In this document: piece by piece, positions 48,019 through 60,463 of the stretch
Layout: each line of letters begins with the position of its first letter
How positions within the stretch are numbered: the stretch's first letter is position 1
Assembly (NCBI GenBank): GCA_024704765.1
Contig: JAKMXF010000177.1
Coordinates: 696,526-760,525, forward strand
Origin: Oopsacas minuta
Lineage: Eukaryota > Animalia > Porifera
DNA: 64,000 bases
Reading direction: 5' to 3'
Program-made: the position numbers and the translations under genes
Notes under the pieces: generated by a model
The model's database searches: none
The model's input: only the letters and a program-made list of their open reading frames with translations
What the model was told of the DNA's origin: nothing

Positions 48019-49863
48019 TTATTTATCTTTTGAATACAATAACTGTAGATTGCCTTTGCGTGCAGATTCTCCATACTCGTGAATTCCACCTACTGTAGTA
48101 GAAATTTGATTGGTAGTCTGGTCTGCTATATACATCATAATCCTTCGAGCATTTTTAGTAGAAGCGTACTCAAGAAATAGGCTAGATATATATAAATTAC
48201 ACAGTCTGAATGCTATGTCACGTGAAGCAGTTTCGAACATCACAGAATCAGCGAACATTGGTTCCATCAACATTGTGAACATAGTTAAATCACCGGATAA
48301 CTTCTCTGCGATACAGGCAATGTCAGTGCCAGCTGAACTAGCCTTCCGAATACGTTGTTTGATGACGTCCGAGAATACTGAAAACCACTCTCCATCTGTT
48401 GACGCGTGTACACGGAGGACATCAAGACATTGTATATTAGTTGTGCCCTCCCAAATTGGCAGTACCTGTGCATCTCGAAGGAGTCTAGGCAGTCCTGTAT
48501 CTTCAATATAACCCTGACCTCCGAAACACTCTAACCCTTCCGAAATAACATGTACAGCTTCTTTAGCAGTATACATCTTTAGGAGTGGAGTTAATATTCT
48601 CAAGAGTATAATATTATTGTTAGAACTTCTACTATCTTCAACTAGTCCCATTAATCTGGATACATCCAGGGCAAACGCAGTCGCTTTGATTGTCCTTATT
48701 TCCAAGTTCGCTAATGTACGAACATGTAATGGATGTTTGAAGAGAGGACTACCAAATGCTTGTCGCTTCTTGGCATAATCACAAGCTAGTTGTAAGATAC
48801 GACGCATCGCACCAGTAGCTGCAAGGCTGTTATGCAATCGTGTTATGGTCAGCATATGAGAAATCTGACTAACACCTCTCTTCGGCCTACCAATGATCTG
48901 AGCCACAGAACCAGTTAGTGTCAGCTCTGCAGTGGGCAGCTGTCGAGTACCAAGTTTGTTCTTCAGCTTGTCTATCTGAATAGCATTATAAGTACCATTC
49001 TCAAGTTTTGTCTCAAGATAGAATAAAGACAACTGCTTATCATTTGACTGATCTGGTTGTTGAATTCTCGCTAGAGTGAATGCCATCTCGCTGTCAACCG
49101 CAGACGTGAACCATTTCTGTCCATACAACTTGTAACTCTCATCTATTTGCTTGACGGCAACTGTTTCTGTACCTCCACTGACGTCCGATCCTCCCATCCG
49201 TTCTGTCATCCATTGACCAGAAGTCCAGAATTCAGTCGGCTTCCTGCTGATGAGAGACAAGAAAGCTGTGCTCATTAGTGAAGTAATATTTTCCTCTTTA
49301 ATAAGTTTAGCTGCTCCATCAGTCATTGCGAGAGGGCAGTTGTAGAGTCCAGAGGAAGGAGAGAACAAGTGTAACTTAGCAGCTTGATGAATACGACTGT
49401 ACTCCCCATGTGTCCGTTCATAAGGAATAGATACTAAACCTTCTTCTGCGCTGATATCTTTCAATTGCTTCCAAGCATGACTTGTCATAACTTGATCAAT
49501 TCTCTCGCCCCATGCAGAGTACTGGACTAACACAGGTTGTTCTAGCTCTGCTTGTAAACCAATTGCTTCGATTTCATTTGCTATTCTCTTACCAAATCGT
49601 TTGAGATCTTTTGAAACAATATCAAATATGTGAGGGGGTAGATATTCAACGAGAAGAATTCGGAGGAAATCTTCTGCTCTGTAAGGGTTCTCTAAGGTAG
49701 GAGGAGATTGAGAGTATTCTCTATTAATAAGACATTGTGGAACCTGGAACAAAGAATACAATTTCCTAGTGGTTATAGCTAATAACGTCATTACTAAGAA
49801 GAAAAGTGTGAATAGGAGAATGTCAATTAGGAAAATACTGTTTTGAGGATTTTGTATAGTCAT
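48019..49863 (-). CDS. Acyl-CoA dehydrogenase, AidB/ACDH-11-type
   Basis: GQWMTERMGGSDV, KWFTSA, KLKNKLGTRQLPTAEL, GGQGYIED, LPIWEGTTNI (catalytic Glu). Intronless. Alternative start at ATG 49791 (MTLLAITTRK). Confidence 0.93.
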   Translation of the reverse strand: MTIQNPQNSIFLIDILLFTLFFLVMTLLAITTRKLYSLFQVPQCLINREYSQSPPTLENPYRAEDFLRILLVEYLPPHIFDIVSKDLKRFGKRIANEIEAIGLQAELEQPVLVQYSAWGERIDQVMTSHAWKQLKDISAEEGLVSIPYERTHGEYSRIHQAAKLHLFSPSSGLYNCPLAMTDGAAKLIKEENITSLMSTAFLSLISRKPTEFWTSGQWMTERMGGSDVSGGTETVAVKQIDESYKLYGQKWFTSAVDSEMAFTLARIQQPDQSNDKQLSLFYLETKLENGTYNAIQIDKLKNKLGTRQLPTAELTLTGSVAQIIGRPKRGVSQISHMLTITRLHNSLAATGAMRRILQLACDYAKKRQAFGSPLFKHPLHVRTLANLEIRTIKATAFALDVSRLMGLVEDSRSSNNNIILLRILTPLLKMYTAKEAVHVISEGLECFGGQGYIEDTGLPRLLRDAQVLPIWEGTTNIQCLDVLRVHASTDGEWFSVFSDVIKQRIRKASSAGTDIACIAEKLSGDLTMFTMLMEPMFADSVMFETASRDIAFRLCNLYISSLFLEYASTKNARRIMMYIADQTTNQISTTVGGIHEYGESARKGNLQLLYSKDK

Positions 49864-50424
49864 CAGATAGCAATAGCACTAGAGAAGTGTAAAATTGATA
49901 TAACTTTTATGATTGAAGTCAGATCACATTATTATAATTCACGTCGTTTAATTAGTCACATGACCATATTTGGGAATAATTTATATAGCAACGCAACAAG
50001 GTCTCAGGAATGTGTCAACATTCCATTCCCAAATCTTATCCAAACCCTATCGAGTGGCCACTTGTTCGACGCCGCCCTGAACACGAAATATAGCTATATA
50101 GCCATACAAAGTTGATCTGAAAGATTGAATTAGCTAGCCTACATTCACAACACCTGCGATACTATGTATTGGACGCCAAGTTTTGACCTCAGAAATTTTC
50201 AACTTCTGGGTGTATGTTTGTAGTAGACTTTTATTCTGTCGGTTAGACTAGTTAGTAGATGACAAAAAGCAGTAAAAAGTTTTGTTGAAATTTGTTAGGT
50301 TAACTCATTCTTGCCTCTTTGACCCGACTATAAATTAGAATCTGTAATTAGCGTTACTTGCAGACAAACAAAGAGGTATTCAAGATATTATGATAAATAC
50401 TGGTTAGGAATGATAATAATAATA

Positions 50425-51585
50425 TTAGTTTAGCTCAGCCAGGTAGATAACTCCATCCACTGAATACGGGACTACATCGATATAGGTCTTGTCCAACGGA
50501 AATCTTGGAGGTATGCTTTCTAACAAGCCAGAGAATGCTTCACAAGTCTCAATACCCAACTTGTTGCCCCAGATAGAGACGCTTTTGATTGAATCGTTAC
50601 GAAACAAAGAAACAGAAAAATGACAAAGTCCAGCATCTCCAATATTATTATAACCAATCATCAGAGTTCCTAGAGTAGAATTGTAGAACCGAATAACCTC
50701 ACTTATAGCTATTAATCCCTGGTCTCCGATTCGATTAGCAGTCAAGTCGATGTATTTGATGGTAGTATTGAATTTTAATAATTGGGAAAGGTATTTCGCG
50801 CCATCTTGAGCCAGCTTATTACAGCTGAAGTCTAAAGATACAATTGACTTGTTGTCCTTGAATAAATTACATAACTCGAGCATATCAAAATCCGTCAAAT
50901 TATGTTTAGATAATCTTAGTTCTTTGAGGGTTTTGTTAACATTCAACATTTTTCCCAAATGCGTTGTTGTTTCGCTATTTCTACTGAACAAGATTGGCCT
51001 GGAGATATCGAGTAATTGAATTGATTGATTAAAACTGAGAACGGTAGCGAGGGCTATCACCACGTCAGTGTTTATGTCACAAGAAGACAAGAGTAGTTCT
51101 TTAAGTGATTGGTTCACCTGGAGCATTGATGCAACACTAAGTCCTCCTTTTAACCCTAATTTACATCCAGAGAGATTGAGATGTTTCAAGGTACTATTAA
51201 AGTGAAGTGATTTAATCAAAGAATCCACACCATCTCCATCAAAATCGTTGAAAGATAAATCCAATCTTTCGAGGTATTTGTCTTCTTTAATTATTTCAGA
51301 AAGTTGCTCAATCCCTATCATATTAATTGAATTGTAAGACAGATCAATTGAAACCAACTTTGACATCCCCCAAGACCTACATAATGCTGTGATTAGGTCA
51401 TCGTTAATTCTGGCGCTCTTTCGACCTCTACCGGTTAAAGAGACACAAATTTCCCCATCCGATGACCTGGCATATGACTTGATAATCTGCTGTAGGACAA
51501 CTTTACACAAGCTATCCTCTATGCCAAGATTCGAGCAATTTACCTCTAAGGCATTGATGAATGAATCCAGATTCTCACTAGACAT
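50425..51585 (-). CDS. LRRC34: Leucine-rich repeat-containing protein 34
   Basis: RI-like LRRs with LRRC34-diagnostic segments ATVLSFN...RPILF...ETTTHLGKML.VN, IWGNK, DV.PY.VDG.IYLAE. Intronless. Confidence 0.88.
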   Translation of the reverse strand: MSSENLDSFINALEVNCSNLGIEDSLCKVVLQQIIKSYARSSDGEICVSLTGRGRKSARINDDLITALCRSWGMSKLVSIDLSYNSINMIGIEQLSEIIKEDKYLERLDLSFNDFDGDGVDSLIKSLHFNSTLKHLNLSGCKLGLKGGLSVASMLQVNQSLKELLLSSCDINTDVVIALATVLSFNQSIQLLDISRPILFSRNSETTTHLGKMLNVNKTLKELRLSKHNLTDFDMLELCNLFKDNKSIVSLDFSCNKLAQDGAKYLSQLLKFNTTIKYIDLTANRIGDQGLIAISEVIRFYNSTLGTLMIGYNNIGDAGLCHFSVSLFRNDSIKSVSIWGNKLGIETCEAFSGLLESIPPRFPLDKTYIDVVPYSVDGVIYLAELN

Positions 51586-51724
51586 TGTGCTAAAATGCTA
51601 CTACATTAATAAAACATAAATTTGGATAACAACAACAACAAATGGAATTGTTAAAATCGATTTAGTATGAAATTTCGTTGGGGATTTCTTGGGGATATGA
51701 AATATGATTAATCATATGATAAAT

Positions 51725-51828
51725 CAATGGCGGCGCAAAAAGTTAGGCTAGTTAGGCCATGGCCTGACCACTTTACAATAGACCAAGCCAATAGCCTGAC
51801 CGTCACTTAACACCTTCCGCCGCCTTTG
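51725..51828. mobile_element. Short MITE with CA...TG termini and apparent 5-bp TSD
   Basis: CAATGGCGGCG / CCGCCGCCTTTG. Flanks TAAAT on both sides. Confidence 0.65.
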
Positions 51829-53254
51829 TAAATCATAGAGATATAGATTTGGAAAAAAACAACATATTTTTGAGGAGTTATTTATCGTTATGATGAATTG
51901 AACTTTTGGCTTTCTCAGAAGAAACTTACAAATTTTGTAGATTCAACCAACAACCTTAGCGCATTAGGACATGTATCATAATAATCAAATATCATTGAAA
52001 AACAGTCTTTGGAGGAAGTGGCTATAACATATTGACTCTAATATCTCTCGTTCAAGGGCATTTACATGTTTTAATGTTTTGTCATATGAATGAAATATTT
52101 CAGACTTATATACATAGATTCGCGTATTACTACCCTTCTGGGCAAGTTTCATCAAGAGTTAGGCAACCCGTGCACCCTAAGTGTGCACCCTCATAATTAT
52201 TTTTGGATGCGGGTCGTACCCAGGTAAAGGCCTGCTTCTGGGATGTGTGAATCGGCGGTCCTAGGCGCTAATATTGTATTAGTAGGGCAATTCGGCAAAC
52301 TGGACAGTAGAGCAAGGAATTATCGAGGAGCGCCAGACGCTCCTCGAGGCGTATGGTTTTTGATGGAATTATATTTAGGAGCGTGAAAATTGGAGATCTT
52401 TCACTATACTGTAACACTAATTTACGGATTCAGGCGTATGAAATTTGACAGGAGGAGCGCTAGGAGGGCGCTGCGAATAACCTTACAGTAGAGGTGTTAG
52501 GTTCAGAAAATATAATATATTCGATTATACAATTGAGAAATTTTTGGACCTCAAATGTGTACATTTGGGGAGTAGTGTCTCCCTTACCTCTCTCTAGATT
52601 CGCTAATGGGTGTGTACCAATGTCTTTACATTGTTATTTGTTTGTGGGACATTTTGGCTTAGCTTTATTTCTAGCCCTGGGTGTTATTTACTGGGCAATG
52701 AGCTAGGGGGTATATAATATTCTGGGATAGTCTAATATATTCCGAAAGATTATTTCCTGGTATAATCTGGGGTAGGATAGATTATACCCAGGCATATTCC
52801 AGGATAAAGGTAAAATAGAAATGTTACTAGTATATATAGATAATGTTACCTAAGTATACGTATTCATATTTTACATAGAGCGACTTGTGGAGGGTGAATA
52901 ATAGTAATGCAAAACTACTTGTGGTTGGACCAAATCACATTGCAACCCCTGACCAAATACGTGTTAATTCTAAATATTTAGTCTAGGCAATTTTTAGGCC
53001 TGTCGGACCAAAATATTATTGATAATTTGGTCCGAACTGAATTACAAACCCGGACCGAATATGCCTAAATATTTGGTCTGGGCAATTTTTAGGACGCCCC
53101 TAGGGTGGGGGCTATTACTCCACTAGTTTTTCAACATAAGAATAACTCAAATCAATTAGTAAACGCGCTTTCCAACACATTATCTAAATTGATTGTTTTC
53201 ACAATATCTCTATTCCAAGAAAGTGACATCAAATCACTTGTCTAGTGCTATCAA

Positions 53255-53400
53255 GATTATATCTAGCCCAATTAAATATTCTATTCATGGCACTAAAGCT
53301 GCTCTCGACTGTTGCAGGAATGACAGGGATGGTTTTGGAGATCGCAATTAACTTCATTAATTGAGGGAACAAATCTAAGTCTAATGGTTAGCCATCTTTT
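53255..53400 (-). mobile_element. hAT dimerisation-domain remnant
   Basis: Manual translation DLFPQLMKLIAISKTIPVIPATVESSFSAMNRI. Confidence 0.7.
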
Positions 53401-55009
53401 AGTACAATTTTGGCTATTTCGTTCTCACTTTTGAGGAGCATAAAATATAAGTGAGACAATTCTTGAAATGCTCGGCGATAAAACTTCCGGTATAGAAATA
53501 GGCTTGCTTATATTAATCTAAAGAATCTAATTAAGATAATAGTTGAATGTTATCATAAGGAAAACACCAATCAAATTCGTTGATACTATTGTTGATTAAC
53601 TTGTCTCTTAGCTCTTGACATAAATAAGGATCAGAAAGATTGTTACTTCTGAATGATTGTAAAGGGTCTTCAGTTCACAATGTATAGTAATCCCAACCTC
53701 TGAGCATTAGAGGCTGCTCTTCCAATAATTTCTGAATCTTTATCATTTATAATTGTTGTTTTATTGGCTGTATCTCAGACAATAGAGATCCATTTTATGT
53801 TATTTTCCTGCATACATGAATTGAGACTTTTTTCAAAGATTTTTCAAAGAACTTCATGTAAAAGACGAGAAATATGAACATATGATATATTTTATGTTGC
53901 CAAAAATTGAGAAATTTTCGAAGATACACAAAAAGAGGTGTATCTGGCATGCCATATTTGGTCCCCCTGTAGTTAATGTACCCGGGGATAATCCTAATAT
54001 GAAGACGGAAGGAATTAATGGATGGACGAAATCCCAACAACGATGAAGCAACTCATTCTATTTTATCGATGGTTCTAAAGAATCAGCCAAAAAGCTTCGA
54101 AAACATGCAACTAGGAAGTTATTGCGGTAATTATGCGAAATATCCACTCAGTGTTATGTTACAGTCAGATTTTTCATAGAATCTATTACATTATTTGTCC
54201 AAATTTTCCAATAAACCGTAATAACGGTCTGATGGCCAGCATATGGAGAGTAATAGGTTGTGGTCTATGCTTGATAACACATGTATAATGAGATCTCGAA
54301 GATATGATACTGATATCCAGAAAATGTTCATGAAGAAACAGAACCGGCACAAAGTTATTCGTCAACAGCTGGAAATATGGCGAGGGATACGTTTCTGGGA
54401 AGTTTCTGGGAAGTTTCTGGAGCACAGGCCAAGAGCTCTGATTCAGAACTTGAAAGTCCTCCTGTTCTCCTCTTCCAATCAAACCTTCAGTCTCTCTACC
54501 CATTCAGCCCAGAAATCCTCACGCGTGCCAAAAGCCCTCAAGTAAAGCTAAACCTACCTCAAGTACTGCTAAGCCTGTCTCATCTACGGGAGAGGACTAC
54601 TATGAGATATGTGGCGGCACCGAATTAATGGTCGAGTCGGCTTGAGAATACAGAACAACTTTGCCCCGATGAGATTCAGTGAGTAATGTGCGATATCTGT
54701 GGATCTTGGTATCATGACGAGCGATTATTGCCCAGATTGCTGATGAAACAGCTTTCATTAGTAGTTAGAAAGGATTAGAATAGCCTATTATTGTAATATT
54801 ATTGAATAAGACAGAGCTCTATTACATATCCAAAACTTTCGCATTCAAGAATAATCTTGGAATATAGCCATTATCTTTCAATTACATTACTGATAGAAAT
54901 TTGATATCTTACCAGATATGTACATTATATACATTTTACAGAATTAGAAAACTTTATATTTATTATGATTGTTTACTAAATCTAATTTGTAGAGTTACAG
55001 AACTGAATT

Positions 55010-55858
55010 ATGGCTACAGCTAATCCTTTGGAGAGAATATTCTCTGTAGACTATAAGAACAAGTTACAACAAATAGTCAATGTTTGTAGATGGGGAAAGG
55101 GGCTAGATAATCTTGATGGACCAGAAGGTGTGACTATTGGTAATTCTACAGGAGATATCTATGTAGCAGATAGAGGGAATCATTGTGTGAAAGTATTTGA
55201 TAATAATTGTAAGAGTTTGTTCAAATTTGGAGATGAAGAAGGAGAAGGAAAGATGTATCATCCAATTGGGTTAGCTATATGTAGAGATAGAATTCTAATC
55301 ACACAGAGAAGGAACTATATTTTAATATATCAAGTTAATGGGAAGTTTGTTTCTAGGATAGGAAAACCTGGGAAAGGAGAATTGGAATTTGATCATCCTC
55401 GTGGTCTAACATTTGATGAATCTAATGGAGAGGTATACATATGTGATTATAATAATAATCGTATTCAGATACTTTCAAAAGAATTTGCCTTCAAAACACA
55501 GTTTGGATTAGATACCCTCAGATACCCTCTTGATGTTAAACTTTCTAAAGAAAGTATTTTTGTTCTAGAACATTCTAATCCTTGCCTTCATCTGTTCAAC
55601 TACGATCTCATTCTACAGAAGAGTGTTATTTCTCGAGGAACTGGATTAATAATTCTTAGTCCAAGGTTTTTCTATATTGACACTTCAGACAATATTATCA
55701 TCACAGATTATTATTCTAACAATTTTTCTATTTTCAACTCTCAATTCGAATTGATACATAAGATATCTATACCTTATCCTACCGGTCTTACAGTAGATAA
55801 TCAAGGAAGAGTAATTGTATCTAGTAGAGGAGGTTACAAGTGTCTTTACATATTCTAA
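55010..55858 (+). CDS. NHL-repeat beta-propeller protein
   Basis: LDGPEGVTI...IYVADRGNHCVKVF, GKGELEFDHPRGLTF...ICDYNNNRIQIL. 282 aa, intronless. Confidence 0.9.
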   Translation: MATANPLERIFSVDYKNKLQQIVNVCRWGKGLDNLDGPEGVTIGNSTGDIYVADRGNHCVKVFDNNCKSLFKFGDEEGEGKMYHPIGLAICRDRILITQRRNYILIYQVNGKFVSRIGKPGKGELEFDHPRGLTFDESNGEVYICDYNNNRIQILSKEFAFKTQFGLDTLRYPLDVKLSKESIFVLEHSNPCLHLFNYDLILQKSVISRGTGLIILSPRFFYIDTSDNIIITDYYSNNFSIFNSQFELIHKISIPYPTGLTVDNQGRVIVSSRGGYKCLYIF

Positions 55859-56104
55859 CTTACTTTTGCATTCCTAATAAGTTTCATGCTCAGAAATATT
55901 ATTGTATCTATTATTGTACTACTATTCGTATGCTTTGTATTAATTCTTCTTCCTTTGTTTTGGTCATCACATAGAGTTAGCAATCAATCATACATTTACC
56001 TTTCATATGTGCTACTTGAATTACAATAGCCATCACTTAATAGGGTGACTTCAGGACCAAGACTAATTGAACCGTTTAACCAGAGTTCTTAGAAATAATA
56101 TATA

Positions 56105-56227
56105 CAGCGGAAACCGCCTATTAGCAGCTATTTTCATGGCATAAAGTTCAGTTTTGTATGGTATTTAAAGTGAATAATAGCGAAATTCGCGAAATAGCAA
56201 GGAAAGTCTTGCAAAAGGTTTCCACTG
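56105..56227. mobile_element. Tc1/pogo-type MITE, 123 bp
   Basis: TA|CAGCGGAAACC ... GGTTTCCACTG|TA. Confidence 0.8.
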
Positions 56228-56424
56228 TATACGTAGATACTAGAGTTATATTTGGGGCCAGAAATAGATTACGAAATGGCTATTGACACCGGTCGGTCGC
56301 GGTCTTTGTCAATAGCCACTTAGTAATTAATATTGTCATGTTAACTATGTTAACCTTTTCCTTAAATTTCCCTAAAAATTTGCAAAATTATTTTTCATTG
56401 TATTAGAATTTTTTGAGATTTGCA

Positions 56425-56612
56425 AAAATTTGTTTACTTTATACTCATAAAAATAACAATAAATTTACATATGAGAAATTTGAAAATACGAAATTCGGAT
56501 TCAGCGTATTAGTTACCCCTGGTGGGTAGCCGTTTATAGCAACCCTGTATGTATGTTTTGAGATTTGGATAATTTGTTTACTTTTATATTCATAAAAACA
56601 ACAATAAATTAA
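56425..56612. repeat. About 42-bp direct repeat pair
   Basis: AATTTGTTTACTTT(T)ATA.TCATAAAAA.AACAATAAATT at about 56426 and about 56571. Confidence 0.7.
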
Positions 56613-56853
56613 CGAGAGTATGACTTTTATGTACAAATATAATAGTCATAATTCATAAATAAGGAATAATAGTATAACACTAGTAAATAATACAATTGCA
56701 CTTAGTATTCTTAAGTATATTTTACTTAATGGATTACTTAATTATTCCTTGGCATTTCTTTTTGGCGAAAAATGGATTTTCTCAATGAAAGTTGCGTTTC
56801 CAAATTCTTTAATTGTAATGATTCTCTGCTAATTTCTGAGCTGATGGAAACCG

Positions 56854-57847
56854 TTGGAAGTGCTCATAGCGATTCTTATTCCTTTTCAAAATAGAGAAGT
56901 TATACTCGGTCTCCAACAAATTTTGCATGGACTAAATGATACTTTTGTAACCCTTTCCACGCCAAGTCTCATAGCTGGATACAGATTCAATTTGACTACT
57001 CAATGTTTAAAGGTGGCATTGATAAATTGGGGAGATTTTCAAGAATGTGGAGGAATACTAACGTGGACAGGAGAAGATGATATCACATTCATTGATAATG
57101 TAGAAATACAGGAGAAGTTGTCAGATTTCCACAATTATTGCCACGGTAGGCAACAACAAACTGACATCTTACATAGAGAAGTTAGAAAGAATGCAATTGA
57201 ATTGCAAAATGCAATAGTTGATCTGGATAATATCATTCCAGACATGCCAATGGCCATGGATAGCTCTATCTTTTTATCTGAGAATGACTCACAAGAAGGA
57301 AACATTAACTCTTCAATTGACAATTCCTCCGAAGCAATTGGTGTAACAACTATAAATAATTCTGTACTTGCTGAAAACTCAGATTATAAACTAATAAAAT
57401 CATCGAAAGGCCGGGACTAATTGTCATACAGTGGCTATTTTCAATTTCCAACGTGAATCAAATGGTAAACAACAATGGAGTGTATATATATTTTCAAGAC
57501 ACCTATGTTGAAAAAAAGATTAACACGGTCTTTATCATCCACCATTACTTCCAATTCCAATGTGGAACAATTACCATCTGGTGGCAAATGGAATACCTAC
57601 TACAACAAATTCATTTGAAGCTTGGCATCGTGCCTTCTCATCAACGGTTGCATCTCACCATCCTACCTTTTGGAAGTTTTATGAATCGCTAAAAATAGAA
57701 CAATCAAGCGTGGAACTTAAACAAGCACACCGACCAAGTATAAAATCACTGGAAAGGGAATTCACATTAGTTGGATTAGTAATGAGCTATCACACGAGGC
57801 TTATCCATACCTACCTTAAAAGTATTACTTTTGAGGTGTCCCTTTAA
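56854..57847 (+). mobile_element. Decayed MULE (Mutator-like) transposase with FLYWCH-like start
   Basis: IKSSKGRD*LSYSGYF resembles a FLYWCH N-terminus. WN....PTTTNSFEAWHRAF...HHPTFWKFYESLKIEQ matches the MULE C-terminal motif. The core is deleted. Confidence 0.7.
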
Positions 57848-58019
57848 TTATCAAATCTTTTTCAGTATTGTTAGCATCTCCATTTTTTAGAATTAGCATT
57901 ACCGTCATTATTATTTCTGTAGTATAGGTATTAGGTATTGATCCTTACTACCATATTTAAATAAATGACTTATCATGTTGATTTGTTACAGTTTATCAAG
58001 TATTACTGATACAGTAGAA

Positions 58020-58060
58020 CAGTGCTTCTCAATCAGGGGGATATCCCCCATTGGGGGGGG
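58020..58060 (+). mobile_element. Solo hAT-like terminus
   Basis: CAGTGCTTCTCAA followed by G/C tracts. No partner end found. Confidence 0.4.
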
Positions 58061-58690
58061 ATGGCAATACCGAAGAGGGGATATATATTTGGAGAGAACC
58101 ATCTATACCTGGGGTGTGCGTAAATAATTTAGTCAGAGGAGGCTCCTCGCTATCGCTACTTATTTTACATCTTTGTATTCAATTCCTCGCTCTTTTAAAA
58201 ACCCATTTGCATTATACATCGATAAAGTTAGTACTCAGATACAATTATTGTTAATACTTTGTAAGCGCTACAATATAAGGGTTCGAAAAGATGGGATGTA
58301 TCTGGCAAATATAATTTGCTTTTGTATGACAATTCATCAATTAGAATTAACAGTATATAGATGTATATTTGCTTTATTTTTCAATTATCCGATATCAATT
58401 TTATCATTATCATTATAGTCCAGGATTTTGGTGAAAATCATCTGGTCATCCTATTAATTATATAATTCTAAATAAGCTAATATTACTTCAATTCATGAAT
58501 AGTTTCAATTTCATCACATAGGTATTGATATATATTCTAGAGTATAATCATCCCCAGTATATTGTGTATTTATAGTATCATATCTATTGTAACATTCTGG
58601 CGGTGAATCCGCTCAATACCTATAATAGGTATAATCAAATGTTTTACTATAAATATCATGCAACTCATAGTAGACTATATTTCTTATATA

Positions 58691-59710
58691 ATGTTTCCAT
58701 CTTCTGGATATTTCAGAGCTCTGCCTTGTCCTTATTTTCCCCAAGAGGAGTGTTATAGACCACACTGTCAATTCAAGCACTCCAAACCTAAGATCCCAAT
58801 CCGAACTGGTACATTTCCCCGCGAGAACCTCACAAAGAAACTACCTCACTTTCTACAACGAAACACAACAGAACCAAAACATTCTCCAACCAGTAGTTCG
58901 ACTGAAATTCTCCCAGACATATTCAACCACACTGAACCTACACAGTCAGTATGTGCTCCAGATTTTACGTCAGTAGTTAATCCTGTCAGCTCCTCCTCCA
59001 GTCCTCCCGCCCCCAGATACAGCCCCTTACCCGAGAGCCCCCCCAACTCTGACCCTACCTCAACCCTGCTTACTCAAGATGACAACACATCTCCTGAGAT
59101 AGGAGAGGCATGCGAGGAGACTTTTATTTTCACTTCAGCTCCGACCTCTACTGACGATTCGAAATCTAACGAAAGTGAATCCACTATCGAGTCTAATATA
59201 GAAACGGATCTGTTAGGTTCCGCTAGTAATCCATCAGATTCAGAAATATCAAATGCAACATGTTCTGTATATGCTAATGATACTACTCCAGACGAGGGGA
59301 CTTCCTTATTCTTACAGCCTGACATTATCGCGAAATTACAGGCTCCCTTAGCGCCTCTGAAGCGTCGCGCGGAATCTAGCACCTCTGAGACTTCTCAGTC
59401 TGACACTTCTCCTATAATCAAAAGGAAGAGAATGATGTTGACAGCTGAAAAACGGCCCAACGTATTAGTAATGTCCAAAACGATACCAAAATTATCGACA
59501 AATTCTATATTGATTGACAGAGATTCTATCTACATGCCGAAAAGCTCTAGGCTAGGTTCTAATGTCATATCCAAAGTAACGACCTCAACCAAGCCATCTC
59601 TCCCCATGACTATGGACAGTAAGGTTCCTGTTAAGATGAGACAGAAATTCCTTGATAAAGTATTCTCAGAATACGTCAAAGTCCTACCAGAGAATGACGC
59701 ACATTCAAAA
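58691..59710 (+). CDS. REXO1: RNA exonuclease 1 homologue, exon 1
   Basis: MFPSSGYFRALPCPY...CYRPHCQFKH N-terminus and KVPVKMRQKFLDKVF (EloA-BP1 start). Phase-0 donor GTAAAT at 59711. Confidence 0.85.
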
Positions 59711-60463
59711 GTAAATTACCCAAATTTATTTTGGTGTATTTTCGTTAATTTGTTAGCTACTGCTAATTCAATTCATTTTATCCATAGCGACAGACACTCG
59801 CACGAATTGCATAGTTTGTTATTCAACGAATTGGAAACCTACCATATACCACGTGTTAACACTGCATTTGTAAATCCGTTAGTGACTATACCGAAACAAA
59901 TTTACTGTGTACCATAGCATGTAGTATGTAGGAATAGCTTGACTGTGTTGCATACATACTTGCGCAATTACTTTCATTCAAACCTTAATCATTGTGAGAT
60001 ACTATATACTATAGCGGTATCATAGCAACGTATTTATTGATCTACTTCGTGATGGTAGTATCAATAAAGAAGTATTAACCACTAGAATATTAACATCTGA
60101 CCTCGATACGAACCGTTTATGACATGCACAATTCAGCACTATTTCTAAGATCACATCCATTAATGCGGCTTAATGATGATAAAGAGATAAACACTGATCT
60201 TTTTTGGTGTAAGTTTTCACGGAAGTCTACATACGCACATGACGAATAGTTTTAATCAGCAATATCGACACGAAATTTGTATATATCTGGTCATGCCAAT
60301 TATTTTACATTTTTATGCGATCGATACTACTTTAACATGAAAGTTAAAATTCATCTTACTTTTTCTAATTGCCTCATTTTGGAAAACTAATTCTTAAACA
60401 ATTTATTATTTATTTGACTGCCAGTTGAGGTTAAATTCTCTCAGATTACGATTTCTTAATATA

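Noticed and set aside
48110-48511. Antisense or overlapping short ORFs on real genes (also 18525-18728, 24280-24840, 29836-30144, 51389-51619, 59074-59382)
   Set aside because: They are shadows of the coding strand with no domain signal.
54186-54720. Possible Gypsy integrase tail or PHD finger (VMCDICGSWYH) with an 11-bp x3 repeat
   Set aside because: Too short and degenerate to assign without a search.
59711-59917. 3' extension of ORF 58658-59917
   Set aside because: It is read-through into the REXO1 intron. Homology resumes in frame at 61155.
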